From contig OZ316892.1 of assembly GCA_973895155.1 (NCBI GenBank), positions 8,105,251 to 8,169,250 on the forward strand: a stretch of DNA of 64,000 nt, in the 5' to 3' direction. Position numbers and translations under genes: made by a program. Below, piece by piece: positions 49,154 to 60,265 of this stretch; position 1 is the first letter of the stretch, and every line of letters starts with the position of its first letter. The notes under the pieces are model-generated. The model did no database searches and had not been told where the DNA came from. It worked only from the letters and a program-made list of their open reading frames with translations. The stretch is from Marsupella aquatica (Eukaryota; Plantae; Marchantiophyta).

Positions 49154-52100
49154 ATGGCCGCGGTTTCAGCTCAGATCGTCGGTGCTTCTCTCGGATCCTT
49201 TGCTGCCCAGCAGGCGACTGCAACCCAGGTGTGGATCTCGATCAGACGCCATAGCTAGCGCTCTTTCAGAGATTCGGGGACTGTCGGTGTTCGTATCTAC
49301 TGTCGTTGGAGAAGCTTTTCTGTGGTCTGGGTGACAAGAATGCTTGATCTAGAATGTATGGCATTGCCATCTGTTGGAGTCTTGGGGGGTTTCTTTCCGA
49401 CATAAATATATCTTCTTGCTACCTTCTGCAATCTGTTTTGGGCCGTGCGTACCGTGTCATACTAATTGATTTTCCAAGTGTTTTTTGTAAGACTGAGTTG
49501 TGTCCTTGATCTAGAAACTAGAAAACGCCTTGGAAGCTTCAGAGGTAGAACTGAGGTCCTGTGTATTTCTCTCGAGATTGCGGTTGAGGTGTCCACGTAG
49601 GGATGAGGACTGCTCCCCTCGAGAGTTGACGATCTAAAAGCCAAATGGGTGCAATAGGATGTTGGTTTTTTCCATGGTTTCTGTCCCAAGAAGCGAGTGC
49701 AACTTCTGTGTGGGTTGTCTTAGTGGTATTGTGGCGTTTGGGTCGATAGATTTGCTGTTAGTCGGAGTTCCTGGGCTCTACTTCTGAAGTGTGTCATTGC
49801 AATTATGTAGACTGAGGGGTGCCTTTTCTTTTTTTTGTCACTATTTCCTCAGCATTGATGGATTATCTGAGAAGTCTGTCTTCTCTACTATCTTTTGTTA
49901 TATATATACTTTTGGTTTACTTCTGAAGCCTGCATCTTACCGGTCTTCTGACTCTTGTAATTCTACGTTCTGTGTGGCAGTTGGTTTCCACATTCGATGG
50001 ATTGAGACGCTGTCCCGAGCTGGGGCAAAGAGCCGTCTCCCCCCTTGCTATGGCTCCTCTGAAGTTGATCATCCCCGCCGCCGTAAGCTCTCGCATCGTA
50101 CTCCCCTTTGAATGACGAGGCGAACTAAAATTTACCTAAAGAAACAATCACCTTCGTGTTATCAAGTGGGTGGGGTTAGGGGTTTTGTGAAGTTGACACG
50201 TCTGGAGTCTTGGTTTGATCCAGATCTCTACGAGACAATCATGTAGAGTAATATCTTTTGTTTTCATCGGGTAAGATGAATCCAATGACTGCAAATTGGT
50301 ACTGCCTTTGACAGTGCATAAAATCTGTAATCCTCTAGGTTCATCCGGGTAATTTAGGAGTCGTTCATGGGAAATGAGCTGTATTGAGCGACTTGTCTGC
50401 CTGCATCCTTTGACTTCCGAGCTTGAAATACTTTTGGACTTTATCCGTGGTGATGGAGTTTTGGGTTAAGCGCAGTTGTTAGATTGTGATATCAAGGTGC
50501 GGGGGTCGGATGCTGTCTCGGGGAATGGGCAGTTCAAGTGGAGATGGTGGGAAATGCAGCAGCTATCTCCCCATGAGGTCCTTCGCTGTTTCTAGCAGCA
50601 GTGATTCGGCTGAGGCTCTGCGACCTCCGGTCATGGTAAGTATCCTATTTGTTCACCAGATTTAAATGTGTTGCACTGTTAACAAACCGACGTTCCTGGC
50701 GAGCAAACCATATACCAGTGTGTGCCGTTGAGCTATCAGTTTGACTCATGCTAGCATGGCACAAGCCTCCAGCCTCCAAAAAAATCATTACTGTGACTCA
50801 TTCTAATCTAAATCTCACATATATGTACCGGACACTGAATGCTATGAACAGTGAAGTTTGTATGGGTTAGGGGTGGCGGCTTTGATTTTGGGATAGACCT
50901 CGCCTGATTGGGGTTAATATATTCTGTCTGTCGGGGTTTAATGGTTTGCATAGCTGAGCCTAACATGGGACAAATTCTCAGAGTTGTTTGGTGCTTCTCT
51001 GTTTGCACGTGGGTATGTTACAAGAGAACGATCTTTGCTTGGGAATTGTGTTTAGAGCATTCAGGTACAAAGCATGAGTGGGCATTAGATGTACCGCTTG
51101 AGCTGCTTATTGCAGGCCCGGGACCAGAGCTGACCCATGATATTTCTCGGCGTGTTGCAGGTCATTGGTGTGACGGGGAAGATGGGACTAGCAACAGCAC
51201 AGGCAGTGGTGGCAGCTGGCTTAACACTGGTCCCTGTAACTTTAGTGGGGGGCACTGCGGCGGAAACTGTTGAGGTGATGGGTGTGAATGTGCGATTGCG
51301 GCACAAGTCTGAGCGAGATGCCGTTTTGGACGAGGTTCTCAGCATATACCCTAATGTGTTTATTGTGGATTACACTGTACCTCAGGCAGTGAATGGTATG
51401 TACGCTCATTTCACACTCAGTGTACCTTCTGCGAGGGTTTTTTTTCTTATAGTCCCTTAAAGGGGAAGTTCTTTAATCTTGATGATTCAAACTCTGACCA
51501 CATGGGTTTAGGGTTTCACTGATCCTATGGACCACCTGCACATGAGCTCCTCTTTCTTGGCTATCTCAATTTGTTCATTTTCAGCGTCATCCCACAGTAG
51601 AAGAGCTAAGTGCACTGTAGAATCTGCACGAAAGTCTTTGAACGAATCTGAGTCATTGTATCTCTTCATCTTCGACGTCACATTCTCAACCTTAAAGCCT
51701 CGACTTCAACTCCAACCCCACTCTGGACCTTAAAACCCTGAACCGCAGTCCAACATTAAGCCCGCAATCCGCATTGTTCACAGTTCATTTGAAGTTTGCG
51801 TTCTGTGTCTTGAATGTTGGTATTGAGCTGTCCTGATGCTTTTGAAGTTGTAAAACGATTTTTCAGACAACGCTGAATTCTACTGTAGCCATGGGATTCC
51901 TTTTGTCATGGGAACAACCGGTGGGGACAGGGTGAAGCTGCTGAATGACGTACTGAATTCTAGCAACTATGCTGTCATTGCTCCGCAGATGGGTAAGCAG
52001 GTGTGAATGCTATTCAAAACTCTTAACGATGTTGGGATACGATAAACATTCAGTAGCTCTCACGAATTTGAGATAACGAATTTACCGCTGTTGATGGGTT

Positions 52101-53801
52101 TAGGGTGTCTCGCCATTCAAACCCTAAACCCTGGTCGCTTCATCTTTGTCCCGTCCTGAGTTTGTTTCTAGTGCAGCAACGAGTTTCACTTCTGTCACTT
52201 GCCGAAAGTATGAATAATAGGTGTTACCTTCCGAGTTTTGGCCATAGTTAGTACCTTTTGGTTACCGCCACTTGTTCGAACATACATAAGCGACTCTACT
52301 TGTTGTTGTGACCAGGTGGTAGCTTTTCAGGCTGCCATGCAAATTATGGCTGAGCAGTTCCCAGGGGCTTTTGCCGGCTACAAACTGCAGGTTTGCATAT
52401 TTTCATCCCTTCATAATGTCGAGGTCGATATGTTCTTATTTGGGGCTTACGATCTGGGGTCCTTTGTCTGGATTTCCTTTGGGAGAGAGATTGCGCCAAA
52501 GGGGATCCCTAGGTACAGTATCTTTGGGGTTTAGGGTTTATCTGTCTGAGTTCATTTGGGATCATTTCAGTCGAGCAGGGCTTAAAAAGCTCATTCAACC
52601 TGAGATATAACTCATGTGAACATTTTTCGATACTTCTAACTTCTCTATCTAAGCAAATGCTACACCGACAGGAGAAGCCTGTGGAGAGACTGCAAGAATC
52701 CTGTAGTTGTTTTCAGACGCTAAACCCTAATTCCCAAACCTCATTTTTCTACAAATCAAAGGACTCTAGTCTCTCTTGCTGTGAAGAAGCGGAAGTCCTT
52801 GACTCAAATTTTTGACGACTTCTATGATATTGGACATGGTAGGTTACAGAATCGCATCAATCCAGCAAACTGGACACTTCCGGGACTGCAAAGGCAATTG
52901 TGGCGAGTTTTGTGGAGCTCGGTCTTGACTTCGATGTCAGCGAGGCATGTGATGACTGCGAGATCTCCTCACCACGTGCATTAATGAATCGCATCCGTAA
53001 AGCATGACCTAGTCTATCAGAATTGTTAGATTTTTGTTGCTGGAGTGATGCCGTGTAAAATTTCCGCCAGTTGCCTGCTCCACATTGTCTTGTTGTTTCT
53101 GATTTTGTGGACACTTTCTTACCATTGTGACCAGATTGAGAAAGTCCGGGATCGTAAGCAACAAACAGGGAGGATGAAAGTTCCAGAGAAGTATTTACCT
53201 GGTCATGCTTTTCACACTTATCGAATAGTGTCCCCGGATGGCACGTAAGTTCAGAACAAACCATTTTGAGGTTTTAGGTGTACATTCAAACTACAGATGC
53301 CATCCTGAAGTTTTTCGTGTTGAAGTTATTACTTGACAGTAGTTGTATCCCAAACTGGATACCAAGAATCGCTGACGCATGCTGTTAATGTCGAACTTCA
53401 GGGTTGCTTTTGAGTTTCAGCATAATGTCTGCGGGAGGAGTATATATGCGGAGGGTACCGTCGATGCCGTCCTTTTCCTGGCGAAAAAGGTATGCTTGGG
53501 CTCTTGTTCGTTCCTCTTCGCTCCAAATGATCAGCATGAAGGAAATGTCCTTAACTCTTGTGAGATTCATTTTAGTTCATTTGCTGTCGAATGGTATTCT
53601 CATTGCTGTCAGTGTCTTCTACAACATGCAAAAATTGGCTTGGCCATCACAGCAGCATTGCGCCCCTGGTTCCTGGTTCTTCCCAGTGCAACGACATTAT
53701 CCTCACTATTTGCAAAATCGTGTGCTGCACAGGTCCAACAGAATGCCGAGAAGAAGGTTTATGACATGATTGATGTTCTTCGGGAAGGGAACATGAGATG
53801 A
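49154..53801 (+). CDS. dapB: 4-hydroxy-tetrahydrodipicolinate reductase, chloroplastic, ~380 aa
   Basis: Exons: 49154-49228, 49981-50082, 50483-50635, 51161-51395, 51867-52000, 52316-52390, 52843-52944 (GC donor), 53135-53244, 53402-53489, 53733-53801. Motifs GVTGKMG, VDYT, FVMGTTGG, ESHQSSKLDTSGTA, GHAFH and FEFQHNVCGRSIYAEG. Transit-peptide exons 1-3 (FDGLR motif) are less certain. Confidence 0.92.
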
Positions 53802-55180
53802 AAGGACCTTGCTCAAAGACCATAGAAGATATGAACATGAGCCAGTGACAGAAGGTCACTCTACCAAGTAGTTCGCAGGTGCTGAATCCTTCAGGGCCTA
53901 TGTGTACACCTTGGGCCGTAAAGGAAACATGAGGGGAACATCTCAAATGGGTGGAACTCCCCTCGTGAAATTTTGTAGTGTAGTTTAGGTCCTCTGCCGA
54001 GGCCATCCTATTCATATTGACAGTACTGCTTCCCATCACTGATCGTTTGGTTCAGTGTAGTTACTTTCTGCTGTAGGTCCGTGCCTCTACTCTAGGGAGA
54101 ATTTCGAAGAGGCTTCCCACTGATGTTTCCCAATTTTCGGAATGTGAAATAAGTTCGCTTGTACTGAGTCAATCCATTGGTGCAAGTAAGCGTTGAATTT
54201 GCGTTCCATGGTCTTCAAGTTATGCAGTCTCGTGGCAAATGCACCTTACGTCTCCTACAAATACGATCAAGTATTCTCTGCCGTTGGCAACAAGTGAACT
54301 TTGGACCCTTGAGAAGCTCTGCTGCACTTGTTGTGTCCATAACCCCGTTCTCTTTTTTTTTCCTTTGCAATTTTATGGGAGGTCCCCTGCAGTATCCCCC
54401 TAGCCAGCCTGGCCAGAGGGGTCCAAGTCTCATAAGACCTAGCCAGTCTCATCAAGTCTCTAAATTTCAAAATCCTACGAGAAAAACAGCGTTAGGGGTT
54501 ACACTTGGTAGCCCATGGCTTGTTAGGGGCCATGGCTGTAACCAACCCCCTTGGGCTCACTGCCCTCAGGGATTACAGTTGGCTCTCTGGAAGTGGAAAT
54601 TTGCAAGTGCAAAACCTGGCTAACTGAAAGGCATCGTGTAATTTTTTTTTTTTACAGAGGTTGCCTTAGGACCCTGAATGTCCATTCTTTAAATATGAAT
54701 AGACATATGACAAAAATCATCATGCATGCTCCTCCTTGTTAGCATACACAACATCCCATTGTTTTTTTCATGGACATAAATTTGGTGGGGCCCTAGGGGT
54801 TACAGTCCTAGTATTAGTAAGATTTTGGCACCTTCTGTAACTGAAAATAGGCCTGAAATATTTTTGCTAAACAACAACCTTGTAGGTGCAAACCCTTGAC
54901 AATGTACCAAACAACAACATTATCAGTTGTGGGCATGTTTGTAGGCTTAGGAATGATATAAAAAGGTGTCAGTTCTTTTTAATGATACTTGTCAATGGTC
55001 CACAACTGTTCATAGACAGATCTAATGATCATCACGTGATTGTTTAAACCTTTTGCTATGCCAAGGTTTCTCAGAGTGCCTTAAATGCCACCTGCCCAAA
55101 ATACAGAAGAACCCCTGTACCCTACACATTCCTGTGCCCGTCCCTTGTTCCAAATACGACGAAGCCGGAAGAACAACATG

Positions 55181-55850
55181 GGCCCCTAAGAGAAGAAGAG
55201 AAGGGCTAACCAACTGGCTGTGGTCAGTTGGCCAGGGGATTAACCTAGAATTGAGAAGTCCCAGGTTCAATCCCCCTCCACACATAAGAGGTGCGGAGGG
55301 TATGTGTGTGCATATGTGTGCATGGAGTGTAGTGGTTATTGGTTTCTCATCCCAGGATTAATCCCCCAACCACACAAGGCCCCTAAGCGAAGAAGAGAAG
55401 GGCTAACCAACTGGCTGTGGTCATGTACCCTCCACACCTCTTATGTGTGGAGGGAGATTGAACTTGGGACTTGTCAGTTATAGGTTAATCCCCTGGGGTA
55501 TGTGTGTGTATATGTGTGCATGGAGTGTAGTGGTGAGATTATTGATTTCTTGTCTTAGGATTAATCCCCCCACCACAAAAGGGGTGTGGAAGGTATGTGT
55601 GGGCTGGGTGTAGGATTAATCTCCCCTTCACAAAAGGGGTGTGGAAGGTATGTGTGTATGTGTGGGCTGGGTGTAGGATTAATCCCCCCTTCACAAAAGG
55701 GGTGTGGAAGGTATGTGTGTATGTGTAGACTGGGTGTAGTGGTGGGAATATTGGTTTCTCCTTGACCCTTGGTTGGCCTGCTTTGGGGCCCTGGTTTAAC
55801 ACTCTCAAGGTCTGTGTTATCCTTTTACCCTACATAAAATTGTATGCCCC
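55181..55850 (+). mobile_element. Rearranged tRNA-derived SINE cluster (copy B family), with duplication, internal inversion and tandem body repeats
   Basis: Box A-like TGTGGTCAGTTGG and box B GGTTCAATCC at 55264. The head is duplicated at 55181 and 55378, with an inverted copy at 55426-55496. GGATTAATC.CCC..CACAAAAGGGGTGTGGAAGGTATGTGTG occurs x3. The tail is shared with 21224-21470. Confidence 0.78.
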
Positions 55851-55868
55851 AGATACACATGGCTTTGT

Positions 55869-56115
55869 GGTAACTCACTTGAGTAGAGACATAGGTCTTG
55901 GGTTCAACTATTGTGGTTTGTGCTAGCTCACTTGAGTAGAAACATAGGTCTTGGGTTCAACTATTGTGGCTAACTTTTCCCACTTTTCCCTTTCTGTGAG
56001 GTTTCACAAATTTACCCTTGAATTGTTTTTGGGTATGTTTTGGTTTCGAGAGACATGGCAGTGTGTAGCTCACTTGAGTTTAGACTCCTACTGTAGGTCT
56101 TGAATTCAAATGTAG
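55869..56115 (+). repeat. Three copies of a second tRNA-like (SINE-head-like) motif
   Basis: TA(A/G)CTCACTTGAGT...TAGGTCTTG(G/A)(G/A)TTCAA at ~55871, ~55924 and ~56066, a box A / box B-like arrangement. Confidence 0.6.
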
Positions 56116-56310
56116 CAAGTGACTTGTTCCCTTTCTCTAAGGTTTCACAGATTTCACTTTAAAAAAAATTAAATTAAAAAAAATAGAAAAAATTGTATCC
56201 TCTGGAGTGGAGTAGGACATCTACTGTATCCCTTCTTGGATGAGCAGGACGAATATCCCCTCTTGGATGAGCCTGCCCTCGGCTTTCAGGCCCAAAAAAG
56301 TAAAGAAGGG

Positions 56311-56420
56311 CTCTGTCCCAATCCTCTGTCCCAATCGTCCCAATCCTCTGTCCCAATCGTCCCAATCCTCTGTCCCAATCGTCCCAATCCTCTGTCCCAA
56401 TCGTCCCAATCCTCTGTCCC
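56311..56420. repeat. 22-bp minisatellite (CTCTGTCCCAATC GTCCCAATC) containing nine CCAAT pentamers
   Basis: Four full units plus partial ones. CCAAT at 56318, 56331, 56340, 56353, 56362, 56375, 56384, 56397 and 56406. Confidence 0.95.
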
Positions 56421-57092
56421 TCGGCCTCTGTGTGAGTGCCACGGTGGACCCCGGACTCGCTGGAGCCTCAACACTGGAGAAACGCACTCTCGGCAATGAG
56501 TTCTCCCTCCGCCATTTGGCGTCACACTCGCATCGACGCTAGTTGACGGATCGCCCTCCTCGACCACCACGACGAACGCGATCACTCCGCTGCTGCTGAA
56601 GCTGCTGATGCTGTTGATGCTGTTGATGCTGCTGCTTTCCGAAGCAGTCGTCGATTGAGTGAGTTCATTATTATTCAGTCCCACTGAGATCCCCGTTCCC
56701 TGCTCTACACTGTGAGAGCAGCGAACAACTGGTAGCGTGATCAGAAATAAATTTTATTATTCGTCTGCCAGTCACGGACGGGGACGAGATCCGCTCCGCT
56801 CCACTGAGATTGGACATTTGGACGCCAATCGCTGATCGCATCTCTGATCCGCTTTGAAATTTGGCCGGGCGATTGTTCGGTACCCTAATTCGGTTCCGAG
56901 CCTGCGCTGCCTGCAGGAGCCGTCCGGTTCAGCAGCAAGAACGTGCGGGATTGTGCGTGCTGGAGTGCTGCTGGATCGCGCCATACGTGTGTTATTTAGA
57001 TAGAAAGGGAAGGAGTGTAGAGTTTCTGTTGGTATTTGGTGGTGAGGAAGAGAAGAGAGTGAGGAGTGCGGAAGTTTGGTGAGGGGAAAAGG

Positions 57093-57129
57093 GAGGAGAG
57101 GAGAGGAGAGGAGAGGAGAGGAGAGGAGA
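57093..57129. repeat. (GAGAG)n microsatellite immediately before the NF-YC ATG
   Basis: About 7 units, ending 5 nt before the ATG at 57135. Confidence 0.93.
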
Positions 57130-57134
57130 CGGCG

Positions 57135-59848
57135 ATGGGATCGCACGCGCCGCAGCATCATGCTACACCGGGGATGCAGCATCCGGGCGGGGTGACCATG
57201 CAGCAGCCGCCGATGCACTACCAGCAAGGGCAACCTCAGGTGGTAAATTCGGTCGCCTCCTGGTCTCGTGGGAAAACAAAACTAAGTTAAGCTGTCAATC
57301 GATGAAGACGACGGACGATGATACTCGCAATCAAGCAATCAAACATTCACTGCCGTTTCCGATTTTTGTGTTTGTTTCCGTCTTTTGCTGCTGCTGCTGC
57401 TGTCACTGTTGCTGATTGGAAGCACTGAACAAGGATTGGATGATAAGGACTGAAGTGATGTGATGATTGTTGTGGGAACGAGAAAAGGCTGGGTGGTGGG
57501 ATCACGATGACGAGGTTTTCGTCGTTGTCTGTCTATGTGGTGGGAGAATTAATGTTCAAGAATTAATCTGTTCGTCGTTTGCGAGATGGGAGAGAAGTTT
57601 TTGATGGATGGTGGTGGTGGTGGTGGTGGATATGGTGGGATGGGTGCCCCACCGCAGCTCCAAACGCAGATGCAGATGCAGATGCAGCCGCAGCTGCATT
57701 ACCAGCAGCTACAGAAGCAGCAGCTGCAGATCTTTTGGCAGCAGCAAATTCAGGAGATGGAACAAGTCAACGGTACGATTTTGTCGCCTGGCCGCACCTG
57801 TACCGCTTCACCCTAGCAGACCTTGTCTCGCTATCTACCTTAGCTTTTTCCCTTTTCGTTTGCTTATGGGCTTTCAATGCAGTACTTTAAATGTCTTGTG
57901 TCCCGCAATTAAGATGTCTGGCTTGTGCCGTAACAATCAGTAATTTCGATTGATCGATGTAGATGGATTGCTAGGTTTTCGGAGCGTCTATCTGCTGTGT
58001 ATAATGTATTCGTTCATTCTATCGCTGCATGGCGATGTATACCACAAAGCGTAAGAAGGCAGAGTGCGGGGAAGTTTTAGTGAATGAACTATGTCAGCTA
58101 AAAGGAAACAACTGTTCGCTCTGTGTATGAAGAACTGTTCCCTGTTGAATTTGCCCACACGGTAGTTCTCTCCCCTCTGCAATCGAAAGCAAAGCCGAAG
58201 GAGGCCTACTGGCCTCATGCAGAGCCGGAGGGTTTACATATTGCAGTCAATTTCTGTACAGGATGGTAGGTTGGAAGTTGCGTAATATTGTGTGAAGCTC
58301 GTTGTCTCCAATAACTGAACCCTTGTCGATGCTCATGAGTCAGTAGTCATTTGTGTACATCTAGTGGAAACCATACTTCCTCTCGGTGTGTGCGATGTCC
58401 ACCGTGGTAGCTCGTATTCATGGTCAAAATCGACTTAGCTTTTCCTTTATTTTGTGACATGTTGAGAGGCATCACATTTTGCGCGGCGAAGCCTAAGATT
58501 ACCAGTAGTAGTTCATCCCCTGCGACTAGGTTTGACACTATCGTGAAGCACCATCATACTTTCCAGAGTGGGATCACTCCCTCGTTACAGGTACATTTCA
58601 TTGCGGCTGGGTTTGGACTGGAAGAAGTCCAATTAACTAGACCTGGATGATGGTTGATGGTACTGTAGAAATGAATGAATAGGACAGTCTTTCACAAGCC
58701 CTGTTGTCCACGTTACTAATGTTGAGTGTGTGCTATGCAGAATTCAAGAATCATCAACTTCCGCTAGCAAGGATCAAGAAGATTATGAAGTCTGATGAGG
58801 ATGTAAAGGTACATTATTTGGCGTTAGGATGTTGATATCATGCTGATCAATGCTTAAGGCACTTAAATATTAAAGGAAATAGCGTAATACCTTGGGGGGC
58901 TGGTCAATTTATTTGGTTTGCTAGATTTTTGGATCGTGTAAGGAAAGGTTCTTTGTGAATCGTTGTTACCAGTCAATGTGTCTGATAAAGCAAATTCGGT
59001 AGTTTCTTGTGTAAGATGAACTTGGGTAAGTCTATTGAAGCTTTGGTGCATCTGAAAATGCAGATGATTGCTGCAGAGGCTCCGGTGCTGTTTGCAAAAG
59101 CTTGCGAGATGTTTATTTTGGAGCTAACCCTGCGATCATGGATTCACACTGAAGAGAACAAACGACGCACCTTGCAAAGAAATGATATAGCTGGGGCCAT
59201 TACTCGTGGGGACATATTTGATTTCCTGGTTGACATTGTTCCGCGAGATGAGTTGAAGGTAGAGGAGTCTTCACGCATCATTCCATGCTACGTTCCTACA
59301 ATAAGTTGAATATGTTGTTTCTTGAATAGTCCAGAAGGTTAAAGTTCGAGTCTTTGTCCTAGTTTCGAGGAAAGAATTTGTAAGGTATGGAAATCTTCCC
59401 TTACATCATGCTTTCTGACTTGAGGGCTTTTATGTGCTTTGATTTGGTAGATAACCGTGTCTGCAATGAATAATGTATATCGTTGAATTCTGTCAGGAGG
59501 AAGATCTTGGTGTCCCATGGTCTGGAGTGGGTGGTGCTGGAGATCCTAACGGTGTTCCCTACGGGGTAGCGTATTTTCCACAAATGGGCCAACAAGCCAT
59601 GGGTCATCATCCGATGGCATCTCCAGTAGGCATCTGTTCTTTTATTACTTCGCATTCTTGCTTTCGATGTACATTGGAGAATTTTGATGTCGCGTTGGAA
59701 TGGCTTTCTTTCTTCTAAAGGATGTGTGCGAAGGATTTGCTCCCTAGCCATGCTGTGGCTTACAGTAACATGGATTTCTTTTTGTGTGAAGGAAATGATG
59801 GTTGCATCAATGGCTCCCAATCAGCAAATGATGTATCAACCCCCGCAG
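57135..59848 (+). CDS. NF-YC: Nuclear factor Y subunit C (histone-fold); terminal exon unresolved
   Basis: Exons: 57135-57239, (57586 or 57658)-57772, 58741-58808, 59064-59258, 59497-59625, 59792-59848. Core [33 protein letters not shown]|[65 protein letters not shown]. Candidate stop exons follow AG at ~60501 (immediate TGA) or ~60998 (AYNLAFFPTP*). Confidence 0.9.
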
Positions 59849-60145
59849 GTGTGTAATGATTTCTGCCTTTGCCTTTTCTTGCTCAAATTACTTAAACCCC
59901 TTTTAAGATAGTGTTGCTCTTTCTTGGGCCTTTTTCATCGTCTTTCCAACTTGAAACTATAGTGCAAGCTCTCAAAATCTCCAAATGGAAACCAGGGGAG
60001 GTTTAAAAAATTATGTTAGATGGAATTCTGAATCTAGCATTGCAACATCAGATGTGTTTTTTCCCTTGTTTGATTCTCTTGTGTCTGCATTTTATTGTGG
60101 CCTGTGAAGAGAGATACGTGAAGTCAGTAGAGCCTTTTGGTGTCA

Positions 60146-60265
60146 GTGTTAGCTCAGCTCTCTCTATATGTCCTAATATTAGCCACTCTAAGTGGGGAAC
60201 CTTTTGGTATCAGGTGTTAGCTCAGTTCTCTCTATATCCTAATATTAGCTACTTTAAGTGGGAAA
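60146..60265. repeat. ~53-bp direct duplication
   Basis: GTGTTAGCTCAG.TCTCTCTATAT(GT)CCTAATATTAGC.ACT.TAAGTGGG occurs twice. Confidence 0.85.

Noticed and set aside
6637-53801. Aspartate-family metabolic cluster (ASN + DapB)
   Set aside because: The genes are ~41 kb apart with unrelated housekeeping genes between them. There is no evidence of clustering.
56221-56684. ORFs with TEDWDDWDRG / PNRPNP repeats
   Set aside because: Products of the 22-bp minisatellite, which is not a multiple of 3, and of CTG/ATG low-complexity sequence.
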